Shown: in pieces, positions 28,127 to 39,400 of the stretch | How the letters are laid out: every line of letters begins with the position of its first letter | Numbering within the stretch: the first letter of the stretch is position 1 | From: a virus | Strand: one strand, 5' to 3' | DNA: 64,000 nt | IMG/VR virus record: IMGVR_UViG_3300049491_000350 | Location: 1-64,000 of that record | Position numbers and translations under genes: made by a program | Notes under the pieces: generated by a model | The model's database searches: none | Told to the model about the DNA's origin: nothing | Seen by the model: the letters and a program-made list of their open reading frames with translations, nothing else

Positions 28127-29059
28127 ATGAGTAACAAATATTATTCAATCCTTGTAGGTGGCAAAAAGCCGCAAGAAGTGGAGGTCGGTTTTCTGGACAA
28201 GAACACCGGCCTTCCTAAAGGCAAAACAGATAAAGCGACAATCGCTATTGGTTCAGTGTCCATACCAAACTATTCAAGCGTATGGGCAAAGCTGGAAGAA
28301 AAGCAAGGCAAGCTGACTGGCGAAATAGAGTTTCTTACATGGGGTGCAGCAGGCGGAAGTGCCACAGAAATAAGGTACTTGCCCAATTGCAAATCATTAA
28401 GCAAACAATATCAGGAACAGGTTGCCAAGCTCAACCCCGGAGAGAACGACATGGAGATTATTTTGAAGATTGGTGTAAATGATTTTAACAGGGATACGCA
28501 AGGCGGCCTTATTAAGATGCTGGAACACCATTCTTTGAACAGCGACAACAGCAGCAGAGACCCTCTCAACGAAAACATTATTTTTAGTAACCATGACCCT
28601 AAAAGCAGGGTTGCTAAGAAAACAACTGAAATCAGCGAAAGGAACACGGCTACTGGTATTGTTCTCCTTGCTAAGGAAGATGCTCAAACCCTGTTGGTAT
28701 TGGCTGAAATATTCGGCCTTGACCCTAAGCGTCAGAGCGGCGACTTAGAAGAAGAATTGTTGACAAGGGCTGATGAGAAATCTAAAACCTTTAACCTTGT
28801 ATTATCAAATGCAAAATCTAAGGCAAGGCAATTGCTCGACAAAGCTGCAAGCTATAACCTGCTTGATGCTAAAACCGCACAAGGGGAGATTCATTATACA
28901 GACGGCAGCAAACGTGAGAAACTTTTTGTAGGTATTGACGAAGAAGCAAAAGATAAGTTTGCGTTTGTAGTTGACAGTTATCTATCTCCTGCAACATTCA
29001 ATGCTTTTAAAATCCTTGACAAAAAGGTAAAGAGCTACGAAAAAGACAGGATGGAGTAA
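28127..29059 (+). CDS. Conserved-type virion-module protein
   Basis: 310 aa directly after the MCP (EIRY.PN.KS...EQ); function unknown. Confidence 0.6.
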   Translation: MSNKYYSILVGGKKPQEVEVGFLDKNTGLPKGKTDKATIAIGSVSIPNYSSVWAKLEEKQGKLTGEIEFLTWGAAGGSATEIRYLPNCKSLSKQYQEQVAKLNPGENDMEIILKIGVNDFNRDTQGGLIKMLEHHSLNSDNSSRDPLNENIIFSNHDPKSRVAKKTTEISERNTATGIVLLAKEDAQTLLVLAEIFGLDPKRQSGDLEEELLTRADEKSKTFNLVLSNAKSKARQLLDKAASYNLLDAKTAQGEIHYTDGSKREKLFVGIDEEAKDKFAFVVDSYLSPATFNAFKILDKKVKSYEKDRME

Positions 29060-29098
29060 AACAATTTTATCTCACAACAATTTTAAATAGTTAAAGCA

Positions 29099-29647
29099 AT
29101 GGCTGTAATAAAAGTAAAAAAACTCTGGGAAGATGGTGAGTTAGTTGGCGCATGTAATATCCTTGTTGGCATGGACTGCGCTACCTTTAATATGGGTTCT
29201 TTGCGTCCTGTATGGGTGCAAAGGAAAGCTGGCTGCTGCGGAAATGGCGGCACTACCACCATCACATTCAAAAACCCAAATGATGCGAATGCCCTATCCG
29301 GCGTTTGGGTTGAATCAAACGGAAGGGGCATAGTTCTGGACGCAGTTGATGTGGCCGCAGTAGTTGACAAATGCAACCTGTGTTGCGGTGAGGACACTAC
29401 TGTTGAAGCTCAATTTGATGGAGTTATCCCTGCTATTGACGAAGGTGCGGATGCTACATTCTGCGTTACCCGTTCTGATGACGGAAGTTATCTGGCCGTT
29501 AACCAGACTTACCTTGACTATCTTGGTAAGTACACAACAATGGTACATAAATCAAACGCAGGCGGCGTTAGCAAATACGAAATCAAAGCCAAAGTTAAGC
29601 CAGTGGGCGTTGGTGCTGATGTCGTTGCTACCGGGGTTTGTGCATAA
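29099..29647 (+). CDS. Cys-rich structural protein (candidate capsid decoration)
   Basis: 182 aa, 9 Cys, followed by a terminator. Confidence 0.55.
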   Translation: MAVIKVKKLWEDGELVGACNILVGMDCATFNMGSLRPVWVQRKAGCCGNGGTTTITFKNPNDANALSGVWVESNGRGIVLDAVDVAAVVDKCNLCCGEDTTVEAQFDGVIPAIDEGADATFCVTRSDDGSYLAVNQTYLDYLGKYTTMVHKSNAGGVSKYEIKAKVKPVGVGADVVATGVCA

Positions 29648-29696
29648 GGTTTTAAAAAAGCCGCTCGGTAAAAACGAGTAGTATTCTCCGTTAATG

Positions 29697-29734
29697 AGGG
29701 CATTGGTCAATTTATTGCGCCAGTGCCCTTTTTT
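29697..29734 (+). terminator. Intrinsic terminator
   Basis: AGGGCATTGG...CCAGTGCCCT followed by a T run. Confidence 0.75.
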
Positions 29735-29756
29735 ACTTTAAAATATTTTACAACTG

Positions 29757-32700
29757 ATGGAAAATATAAAAATGATAGCCAACTCGCCCAACATAGCGCA
29801 GTTTGGATTTTCAACAACATTCAATCTTGAGAACAGGACTATTGAGTTATCAATAGGAAGCGGCCTTACTGTTTTCAAAGGGAGCGGCGCAACTGTTACT
29901 AAAATTTATTTTGAAGTAAAAGACCCGTCCGGGCTACGCCTCGCTGTTATAAACTATGACGAGCCTCCGCACATAGACCCAACGGTTAAAGACTTCTTTG
30001 TTATTGACCTCCCAAATGGATTTGCTCAATTCGGATACTTTTTAATAAAGGGTGTTATAAAAGATGCTGATGGAAAAGTGTACCCTGTTGAGTTCAAAAA
30101 AAATGTATGCAAGCCGAAAGGGTTTAAAAAAGATTGCGTGGCTGGCAAGTTTGACGTAGTGCCAAACTGCGACATGCCTAAAATATCTTTTTATGAAGTA
30201 ACAGATTTTTCATACGGCGGAAAAAGCCCTATTGAAACTGTTAAGGATGGGGTTGTTTACTATCCAAAAGGAACGCTTGCAGATGTACCATTTTCGTTTA
30301 CCCCATTTGAAATTGCTGGTAGCGGAAAAGTATATACAGGCGGATATACTGTAAGAAATAAAACAATTGCAACATACGACTTAGGCGACATGGTGTATGT
30401 TGTAGTTTCATATAAAACATCAAAAGATTTCTCTGTTGAATGCAACTCTAATTTATGCAGGGTTCTTTGCTGCATCATGGAGCTTGAAGAAAAGTACCGC
30501 AATAACGGCGGAACAGAAATAGGCAGGGATGCAAAGCGCAAGCTGGATGAGATAAGTGTTCCGCTATACATTGCTACTGCAAGGGAGCGTTGCGGAAAAT
30601 CAGCAGAAGATTATATCGCACAGATTGAAAAAATAATAGGGTGCGATTGCGGTTGCGGAAGTGAAAGCGTTGAGCCTAAGCTGTTGCTTGGTTCTGGAAG
30701 TGGGTCAACTATCAGCGTGGAAGGAGAATGCGCCACTACGGTTACGCCGCAGGTCTCTGGTGATACTATGAGGTATGTTGTTAAAACAAAATCAACTACC
30801 ATAGGAGACAACAATAAAGACTTGTCTTATTATGTTACAACTGTCGCAGGGCAATGCAACACTGATTACACTCTATGGTTCAATTATCCTATCCTTGCGG
30901 AAACGATACTGAATACCATCAGGACAGACGAAGCCTTGTCAAACATATTCAACCAGATTGTAAATGCTGCATCAGGGATTGACTTATCAGGCCTTGACGG
31001 CAAGTGTATCTTAAAAGACTTTAACAAGTGCGACTATACGCTTATTGAAGTTGTTGATGGCAGGGTGATAGATATGACAGGCGTAATAATTGACGGCCAG
31101 GTTTATAACGCTGGGGCAATTTCATTCGACCAGCCAGTAGGTGCTATTAAAGAGTTCCTCTCGTCTCTTGACCTCGGAGATTTTCAAGTTACATGGGATA
31201 ACAGCACAAAGTCAATCATGGTTACTTCGCATAACAACACCCATACAGTAAACGCATTGTTGCTGCATGAAGATGTTAAAGGTGGAGGGGAAAATAGCTA
31301 TTCAAAAGCATTTGTAAAATCTTGTAAAACATTTGCAGATTTTCTGCAAGCTGTTATTGATTATGTATGTTCTCTTACTATTGCAAAAATAGCATTAGGG
31401 GAGAAGATGATATTGTGCAAGATTGTTGGTGGCGAATTAAAACAGATTCCATACGAAGGAGATGTTTCATTGCTTGAATATATTAAAGGCCAGAATGAAG
31501 CCCTGTGTGCGCTGGCAACTACAATACAAACATTAAAGGGTTTGGATTGCACGACAATGAAAACAATCTTCCCGGCAACATCAAAAAAGGTTATTGAGGG
31601 AGATGTATTGTATGGCACTAAAGAAGCTGCCTGCGCTGGCGTTACTTATAAAGAGATAGCGGATAAGATATTGCATGTGATATTCAGCGATACCGAATTG
31701 AAGGAATATTTCTGCGCTCAAATTGCTACCTGCGGACAGCCCGGTTGCACACCTGTAAGTAATATCAGTGTTCAGCTTATACAGGCAAATGACGAAGGGG
31801 AATTTTCTGCTGAATTTGCTGAATCATTTAACGTCATCAATGGCGGCAGTGATTTCGGAATACTTATCAATGCGTTTGGCCTTGGGGATGCTACTGCATT
31901 CACCATTGGTTACAGGCTGTATGGAAGCGGAGACCCATTTGTTTACATCGAGCCAGAGCCTACCGCATTGCCATTCCTTATCACCAATGTTCCTAACGGT
32001 AGGTATGAAATATCTATTGCTAAGAAATGCGCCAATGGGGTGTATTCTAACCCGATATTCGGCACATCTGCTGGTTGCCCTGTACCAATATCATTTGCTG
32101 CACAGGCTGGCACAGACAACGACTTCCTTATCACGTATCAACTTGCACCGGGTCAGACTACCTATGATGTTGAACTTGTATCTCCTAATGGCGGCATAAC
32201 TGTTATTGAAGGCTCTGATGGCAATTCAGCCGCAGGCATATCAATACCAGCACCAATCATACTTAATGGCGAATGGACGCTTAGGCTGCGTGGTAAATGC
32301 GTTGCTGATATTCCGAGCCTGTGGAGCGATTGGAGCAACCCTATTGGCATCTTTGTTAACACACAGGATATTTGCCCACAAGTGTTGTCAGCCAGTTTCA
32401 CTAACATAACACCAACTGGTGCGGTTATCACTGCTGCTGTTCCAAACAATCAGCCATCAACAATAGGTTACACATTGTTATTGACCAAAGCTGGCGCAGG
32501 CCCTCTATACTATACGCAAGCTGGTTATATCTGGAATGTAAACAATCTGGAAGCGAACACTCTTTACAGCGTGTACATAGTAACTAACTGTGCAGGCGGA
32601 CTGTCATCAAGCCCTAAAGTTGTTGGCTCGTTCACTACGGCAGAATCAACTGTTGTATCAGGGGGAAGCGCATCAAACGGATTCAATCCTTCTAATGGAG

Positions 32701-32945
32701 CGTTTACCATTTCTGTTGATACAGATATGAAGTTGCAAATATTTAATACGATGGGTCAGAATGGTGCTGCTGCAACTATTGTAATAACGGATACGGTTGG
32801 TGGAGGAACAACAACTCAATCTGTTGACAACTCTACTGCCAATCCAAAATCTGTAACGTTTAATATGCCAGCAGGCTCTTACACATTTGTATTGTCTGTA
32901 TCAATACCTTCGGGAACATCATTTGCTACATTCATACAAGCATAA
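29757..32945 (+). CDS. Large Cys-rich structural protein with C-terminal FN3-like domains
   Basis: 1062 aa; FN3 patterns (NVPNGRYEISI, WTLRLRGKC...WSDWS, NLEANTLYSVYIVTNC). Confidence 0.7.
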   Translation: MENIKMIANSPNIAQFGFSTTFNLENRTIELSIGSGLTVFKGSGATVTKIYFEVKDPSGLRLAVINYDEPPHIDPTVKDFFVIDLPNGFAQFGYFLIKGVIKDADGKVYPVEFKKNVCKPKGFKKDCVAGKFDVVPNCDMPKISFYEVTDFSYGGKSPIETVKDGVVYYPKGTLADVPFSFTPFEIAGSGKVYTGGYTVRNKTIATYDLGDMVYVVVSYKTSKDFSVECNSNLCRVLCCIMELEEKYRNNGGTEIGRDAKRKLDEISVPLYIATARERCGKSAEDYIAQIEKIIGCDCGCGSESVEPKLLLGSGSGSTISVEGECATTVTPQVSGDTMRYVVKTKSTTIGDNNKDLSYYVTTVAGQCNTDYTLWFNYPILAETILNTIRTDEALSNIFNQIVNAASGIDLSGLDGKCILKDFNKCDYTLIEVVDGRVIDMTGVIIDGQVYNAGAISFDQPVGAIKEFLSSLDLGDFQVTWDNSTKSIMVTSHNNTHTVNALLLHEDVKGGGENSYSKAFVKSCKTFADFLQAVIDYVCSLTIAKIALGEKMILCKIVGGELKQIPYEGDVSLLEYIKGQNEALCALATTIQTLKGLDCTTMKTIFPATSKKVIEGDVLYGTKEAACAGVTYKEIADKILHVIFSDTELKEYFCAQIATCGQPGCTPVSNISVQLIQANDEGEFSAEFAESFNVINGGSDFGILINAFGLGDATAFTIGYRLYGSGDPFVYIEPEPTALPFLITNVPNGRYEISIAKKCANGVYSNPIFGTSAGCPVPISFAAQAGTDNDFLITYQLAPGQTTYDVELVSPNGGITVIEGSDGNSAAGISIPAPIILNGEWTLRLRGKCVADIPSLWSDWSNPIGIFVNTQDICPQVLSASFTNITPTGAVITAAVPNNQPSTIGYTLLLTKAGAGPLYYTQAGYIWNVNNLEANTLYSVYIVTNCAGGLSSSPKVVGSFTTAESTVVSGGSASNGFNPSNGAFTISVDTDMKLQIFNTMGQNGAAATIVITDTVGGGTTTQSVDNSTANPKSVTFNMPAGSYTFVLSVSIPSGTSFATFIQA

Positions 32946-32952
32946 ATAAACT

Positions 32953-33732
32953 ATGGCGCAGAAAATTATAACAATGGGTAGGGTGCTGAAATCTGTTCTT
33001 GCTTCGGCAAACAAAGAACAGAATCAGCACTATCCACCTCATATATTCAACGAACACTTTGTACTTGTTACAAAGTGGTTGTTGGATGAGATTGCCAAGA
33101 TATTCCCGACCCAACAGACAATCGTTGATTTGGCAAGGTCGTTCTTGAAAACTGCTGACAAGCAGGTAAAGAACGGCCTTATACCATTTCCTGACGATTA
33201 CAGGAATCTTCTTAGTGTAAGCATTTTTTCTTCTGATGATTTCAAGACTGCCTGCGATTGTACTAAACAAGATGGTGATGGCGATGAGTGCAGCGAATTT
33301 GAAAATGACCCAATAGCGCCTACTGACAAACAGATTGAAAGTAAAATTGCAGAGCGCAGGGCAAGAAGCAAAAGAGTTAAGATTGTAGATATAGATGAAT
33401 GGGATTATCTTACGCAGCACGTCTATAAAAAACCAACGCTACAAAAGCCAATAGCTTGTATATTTGAAGGCGAAGGAATAAGGATTTGCCCATTTGATGT
33501 ACCAAGCGTTGAGGTTAGGTTCTTGAGAAATCCAAAGGATTACGTTTACAACTATGACACACTCCCTGACGATACTTATGTGTTCAATACAGTAGGGAGT
33601 GAGGAGAGCGAATGGTTTGACAATGCGGCAACTCAATTATACAAAGGCGTTGCAACATTATACGCAATGTACGTGAAGGATACAGAGATGAGGGATTACA
33701 ACATAGAGCTTAAAAATTCAGGCATTTTTTAA
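32953..33732 (+). CDS. Head-tail ring/adaptor protein (putative)
   Basis: ANKEQ...PP..FN, FPDDY, RFLRNP; position in the tail module. Confidence 0.6.
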   Translation: MAQKIITMGRVLKSVLASANKEQNQHYPPHIFNEHFVLVTKWLLDEIAKIFPTQQTIVDLARSFLKTADKQVKNGLIPFPDDYRNLLSVSIFSSDDFKTACDCTKQDGDGDECSEFENDPIAPTDKQIESKIAERRARSKRVKIVDIDEWDYLTQHVYKKPTLQKPIACIFEGEGIRICPFDVPSVEVRFLRNPKDYVYNYDTLPDDTYVFNTVGSEESEWFDNAATQLYKGVATLYAMYVKDTEMRDYNIELKNSGIF

Positions 33733-33756
33733 ACACTTTTAAAATATTTTACAATT

Positions 33757-33993
33757 ATGAAAAAGAATCCAATCAGCTTCAACATTCAATCAGAATACCT
33801 GAAAGGAAAAGTAGAGGAGGAAGAAAAGGCAGAAGCCAAAGACGAAAGACAAAACCTGAACATCTCTATCCGCCAGATAGAAAACGGGTGGATAATTCGT
33901 GAAAGCTGGGATGAGCCTTGCGATGACGGGTGTGGAACAAGGTGGAAGGAAAGGGAAATGTATTCAGCAACCAATCCAGTGGAGGTAAAATAA
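33757..33993 (+). CDS. Small acidic hypothetical protein
   Basis: 78 aa; ISIRQIENGWII. Confidence 0.6.
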   Translation: MKKNPISFNIQSEYLKGKVEEEEKAEAKDERQNLNISIRQIENGWIIRESWDEPCDDGCGTRWKEREMYSATNPVEVK

Positions 33994-33995
33994 CT

Positions 33996-34604
33996 ATGGC
34001 AACAACTATCATCATTGTCTGTGTTTGCTTTTTGCTGGCACAGGCATTGTTCATTAACGGCGTGGAAATGGCATCATCAGGAAAGACGGAGATACTGCCT
34101 GACGGAAGCCACAAGGATTCAGAGATGATTCTTTACCCTATCGCCAAAGAAGTGAACAAAACTAAAGAGCGCAATGTATTGTACACTAACGAGCGTCTTT
34201 ATGCGCTGATGAACAATATCTCAAACGTGTATGCGGCTATTGACTGCAAGCCAGACAAGATAGGCATTGACCACATATACTTTGCCAGCCCGGACAAACG
34301 TGCCATATTCAGGCAACTGATTTCAAAAATCGAAAAGGATTTTAATTTGTCTGTGTCAAACGTAGAAGGCGAAGGCGACTTTTATTTTTCTATCATCGAA
34401 AAGACGCATGTGTACTCAAAGTATTTGCGTATGCCTACATTCGGCTGTATTAAATGTATGCCGAGTTTCTGGGGAAGCCTTACCTACTGGCCTTTCATTT
34501 CAATAGCGTTCCCGTCAATAGAGTACAAGTTGCTTTTGTGGGTATGCGATATTGTTATACTTGTACCAATCTGTTATTTCATTCACAAGAAACTGGATAA
34601 ATGA
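33996..34604 (+). CDS. Membrane protein with CxxC (DUF1360-like motif)
   Basis: N-terminal TM; PTFGCIKCMPSFWG followed by hydrophobic segments. Confidence 0.55.
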   Translation: MATTIIIVCVCFLLAQALFINGVEMASSGKTEILPDGSHKDSEMILYPIAKEVNKTKERNVLYTNERLYALMNNISNVYAAIDCKPDKIGIDHIYFASPDKRAIFRQLISKIEKDFNLSVSNVEGEGDFYFSIIEKTHVYSKYLRMPTFGCIKCMPSFWGSLTYWPFISIAFPSIEYKLLLWVCDIVILVPICYFIHKKLDK

Positions 34605-35254
34605 AAATAATCGTTATAGCCGCCGTATGTGAATCTGTTTACTACAACGGCAGGATAAAAACAGGAAGCAGGAAACTCGATATAGATGACTTTGAGCAGC
34701 TTGCAATAGCTGCTCATGGGTCTATAATGAGGAAGTTGTATTACGACCTGAAAAAGGCTGGCGGCGAAGCATTGTATTTCTCCGATTCAATTGATTACAA
34801 AACATTCAAAGTAAAAACAAGGGGCAAGGATAAATACTTTGAGATAGAAGAACAATTGGTAAACATGCCTTACGGCATGTCTATATTCGGCATATTCCCT
34901 GTTAATGAAAAAGGGGTCAGGACAGACAAGGACATCAGGTTTTTAAAAGCGCAGTATGGCCAAGACTGGCTTTACGATGGCGAAGATTTTGATGACGTTC
35001 CATTTTATATAAAGAAAGGTAAAAGGGTATGGCTATACAATTGCGACTTCTTAAAACAAGACGAGGAGGTAGAGGTAGAAGGGTTGTTTAACGAAGATGA
35101 CATTGATATTCCTAATGACGTAGCCTTTGAGGTTATAAACACCATTCTCGGAACGACCTTAAAGGTTGCAGGATTCCCTATTGACCCAACCAATGACAAC
35201 AATCCAAACTCTCTTGAGATAAGAAAAAAACTTGCAGACCCAGCTTCTGTATAA
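34601..35254 (+). CDS. Tail ring protein (putative)
   Basis: 217 aa in the tail module; D.IP.D...D.TNDN C-terminus. Confidence 0.5.
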   Translation: MKIIVIAAVCESVYYNGRIKTGSRKLDIDDFEQLAIAAHGSIMRKLYYDLKKAGGEALYFSDSIDYKTFKVKTRGKDKYFEIEEQLVNMPYGMSIFGIFPVNEKGVRTDKDIRFLKAQYGQDWLYDGEDFDDVPFYIKKGKRVWLYNCDFLKQDEEVEVEGLFNEDDIDIPNDVAFEVINTILGTTLKVAGFPIDPTNDNNPNSLEIRKKLADPASV

Positions 35255-35272
35255 AAAATAAAATATTTTATA

Positions 35273-35455
35273 ATGGCAAAGAAAACATTTAACATTGAAG
35301 AAGAATACGCAGGACAGTCTGGACAATCTGCTGCGGAAGAACAGCCAGCAGCAGAGGAGATAACAATTTCATCTGAACAGGTTACTGAAATGAGAGCCTT
35401 GAAGGATGCAGGTGATATGGAAGGGCTGGGCAACTATATTGCTAATATCATTTAA
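35273..35455 (+). CDS. Small acidic hypothetical protein
   Basis: 60 aa preceded by the junction palindrome. Confidence 0.55.
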   Translation: MAKKTFNIEEEYAGQSGQSAAEEQPAAEEITISSEQVTEMRALKDAGDMEGLGNYIANII

Positions 35456-35465
35456 AACAAACACC

Positions 35466-36476
35466 ATGTCAGAAGTACCGAGCTTATCTAATATGATGAA
35501 GATGGAGGATGCCATCAAGGGCATATTGCAGCGTGAAGGCGATGCAATGGGCGTAAACCTGCTTAGGTACAGGAGCGTTGCAAAAGATGTATTCCGCACT
35601 CTGAACCTTAGCAAAATACGCCAGACAAAAAGGGTTTGGCTCACCGTTGACAAGAGGACAAACTCTGTAAAAGTTCCTCCATACTATATGTTCTTTTCTT
35701 CCCTTACTATTCAGGATGACTGCGGACGGTGGATACCGTTAGTAATAAATTCTAACATCGTAAGAGATGTGGTTGATATTTCACAGGACAAAAATTGCCA
35801 TTGCGAATGCGGTTGTAATTCTTCTGCCTGTGGACAGATTCAAAACTACGAGCTTGTTGAGGAAAAGGTTATGGCAAAAATGCCAGACGGCACACAAAAA
35901 GAGTTTGATACATACACAAGGAAAAAAATAAATAAGGATGGCTCTATGGTAATAGAGAAGTCGTTTCCCAAAGCTATGTACGATGGAGGAGAATGGGTTG
36001 ATACGGCTATTGCTGTTGAAGAAGAATTTTTGTGTAAGCTGGAAGTGAAAGAATGCGGATGCCTTAAAGAAACAAAAGGCAACATGGATAAAATACATGA
36101 GTGCTGTGGAGATGCTTTCTTTAGTGTTGAATGCGGAGGCACTTGCTGTACCCCACAGAGCAGCCTTACATTTAACATTAGCGAAACAGGAGACAGGTTT
36201 GACTTCCCATCTGGCTTTCATTATCCAAAGGTGTTGCTGCGGTTCTTTTATGACGCTCCGCTTAAAGAATTAATGATACCAGTTGTGGCAAAGAAGGCTA
36301 TCATGCTTGGCATAAAAGCAGAGATAGCAGAGTTTGATGGAACGGAATCATTAGGGAGGATTGATTTCTATAAAAAGTCTTACAATCAGGAGGCGGAAAA
36401 ACTTCACCAGTTGCTTCAAAGGTTTTCTTTACGCAACTTCTATGAATATGTTTTAGGTCATAAAAAAATGTTGTAA
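35466..36476 (+). CDS. Tail ring/tubular protein, Cys-rich (putative)
   Basis: Directly upstream of the muzzle gene; CHCECGC, ECGC, ECC and TCC clusters. Confidence 0.55.
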   Translation: MSEVPSLSNMMKMEDAIKGILQREGDAMGVNLLRYRSVAKDVFRTLNLSKIRQTKRVWLTVDKRTNSVKVPPYYMFFSSLTIQDDCGRWIPLVINSNIVRDVVDISQDKNCHCECGCNSSACGQIQNYELVEEKVMAKMPDGTQKEFDTYTRKKINKDGSMVIEKSFPKAMYDGGEWVDTAIAVEEEFLCKLEVKECGCLKETKGNMDKIHECCGDAFFSVECGGTCCTPQSSLTFNISETGDRFDFPSGFHYPKVLLRFFYDAPLKELMIPVVAKKAIMLGIKAEIAEFDGTESLGRIDFYKKSYNQEAEKLHQLLQRFSLRNFYEYVLGHKKML

Positions 36477-39400
36477 ATGGGTCAGGTAATAAAAGTATTT
36501 AAACCATCGTATGTAAACACAGATGCTGATGCTATGTCATTAAAGCCTGTGGAATCTCCCTTTATAAAAGACTATACAGTTGAGGTTAATGATAACGGTG
36601 AGTTGCCTTCTAATACTGGCAATGATGTAAAGGTTGGCGGCAATATGAATGTCGGCACACCTCTTTCTGCCAATATTAAATTATGCACCCCGGAACTGCC
36701 AGATGGATTCAATAAGATTGTTGGCTCTGGCGAATTTACAGAAACCAATGAATTATATGTTTGCTTCTACAACTCTAAGGGCAAGCATGGCGTGTACCTG
36801 ATAGATGGCAATACAATGCGTTGCAGGAAAATAATATTTGACGCAAACCTCAACTTCTCTCTTGACCCGGCATTTGCCATCCCTGCACACAAGATGAGCT
36901 TGCGTGTGGTGTATGACGAACAAAATGGGGAATTGAGGAGTATTGTAGAAAAGCATTTAATCTTTACAGATAGTAACAACTGGCAACGCTGGATAAACGT
37001 GGAGGCCGCAATTAAAACAGATGGATTTAACGAGGTTCTTTTCCCATACTGGAAAACAAGGCTTCCTCATTTTGACAGGGCTGAATATATAGACTATATC
37101 ACAAGGCCTCCAATGCACTGCCCATCTGTTATACCAGTTCCATTTTCGGATACTGATAAGGGTAAGATAAATAAGCTGCTGAATGAAAGTGTTCAATTTG
37201 CTTATGACTTTATATACACAGATGGAAGGCCTACATCTGTATCTCAATATAGCTTGCCATTCTCTGTAACATCTTCGTCCTGTAACCCTAACAGTGCGAA
37301 CTTGAGCAGGTGCGTTGATATTGTCCTGTATGCAGGCTCTCCTATGGTTGAGAAGATACGTTTATATATGAGGCCTTGCGGAGGCGAATGGGTTCTGTAT
37401 GATACAATAGAAAGATTCAGCACCTGTGGCGATAACGACCCGGCACTTATTGGCAATGAATACTGGAAGCGCACAGGGCAATGGGCTGACGTTGGTTACG
37501 ACCCGGTTAAGAATACAATCAAGTACAGGTGGTGCGGCGACAAAGAGTTCCAGATTGCAGATAAAGAACATTTGAAAAGGCTTCAAAACGATATGCCTAT
37601 CAAATCAATTGCAATGACACCTGCTGGCGATGCAATCCTTCTATGCAACAACCTGTATGGGTATGAGAACCTATCATGTTCTGTTACAGATAAGATTGCA
37701 TTAAGCACCATACCTGATGACGCTACTGCTGGCTGTAAAGTTGACATGGTTAAAATAACTGTCTATTCGTATATGGGTAGCGGTGATTACTTCCATTCAC
37801 AGGCGGTGTACAAGCGTGGTGCTGCTTCAACCAGCAGGGATTTTGGTGGGTTCTTCCTTGACTATTCAAGAAGTGGCACTACCGTTAACGAGGAGTTCTC
37901 TCTTAATCAAGGTGCAGTAGATTACTTCGGCATGAAGCTGAACAATAAAGACGGGCATATCCTTTATCTGGCAGGCACACCTTACTATGCGATTGGCAAA
38001 CAATGTATAGTAACTGCTGCTGGTGTTATAAGAGAGTTTGGTATCCCGGACTTCAATAGCAACGAGGAGTTTAATTTTGTAAAAGCATGGGTACAAGGCG
38101 GAGGCTTTTTTGTAGAGAAATATGAGTTTACTGTACCTAAAGGAAAATATATAGCCCGGATGGCTGGGCATTCATCAATGCCAGATGACGATTACTCAAA
38201 GACATCTACATGGGTGATGGGAATAGCTGATAGCAGGATACGGACACAAGGCGGTGCGATTGTAAATTTCTATCAGGCTAAAAAGAGTTATAGCAAAGAG
38301 ATTGAAATAGATGCAACTAACGGCAACGTTGACCTGTGGGGTACTGGCGCAGATTTATTTTATATCTTCTGCCCATATTATTTTGATAGCGGCGCATTAT
38401 TCAATGTAGCTGGCGATGCTGAAAGATGGAGGTTTAATGAAGGGTATGTCAACGAGGACAATCAGAACAAGATAGGAGTAGAGCTTCTTCGCTATGGTAA
38501 CAATCATGGCCAATTTTTCAGGGATGGATTTTTTACTGACCACAACGGATTCTTTTTTGCGTTTGTCGGCAGGGGCGAAGCAAGGTATGCAGAGGTTGAT
38601 TTCCGGGGTACGCTTAATTGCAAGACTACAAACAATGTTTTGTTTTCATCAAAGAATGGCTCGTCTCCCGGAGGTTTATTCAGTTGGGGTGCTGATTCTG
38701 TCTATGTAAAATACAATGCTACCATAAAGGATAACAACGCTGGTATTATAGGCGATTGCAACCGGGTACTGGTAAAGGGCAAGATAACTGATTGCGATGG
38801 CGTGAACGGGCTTGCTGGGGTCGCTGTAACCATTACCAGAGGTGCTACGGCTTACACTGGCAGCGATGGAACATTTGAGCTTATAGTGCATAACAGCTAT
38901 GAGGCAATAAGGAAAGATAAGATATATGTAAATGCTGGCGGCGAATGCTTGTTTTATACATGCGACTGTAAAGCCCCGGAGCTTTACCCTTACGACAGCT
39001 CCCTATCTCCATGCGTTGCGTGTAACGTAAGGAACTACCCTACATCAATAGACGCAAAATTCAAGCTGGTAGTAGGCAGGAACAAAGCGTTGAAAGGCGG
39101 TGGCAGGTATGGCGTAGGAATGGTAGCATGGGATTTGGGCGGCAGGGGAACATTCGTTAACAGGATAAATTATGTTGACATACCAACCTTCCTTCAAACA
39201 AATTCTTATGCTCCGCAAAAAATAAAAGCATCGTTTCCGGCTTCTCTTGGACTGCCAAAGGGAACTGCATACGTTTCATTTTTCAGGACACCGAACCTGA
39301 ATTTCAGGTCATACCTGCAATGGGTAGGAGACGGAATAAAATTCCTTGACACAAAGGGCGATGAGGTTACAACTAAGGGAGGTTTGATTCGTGCCAAGAT

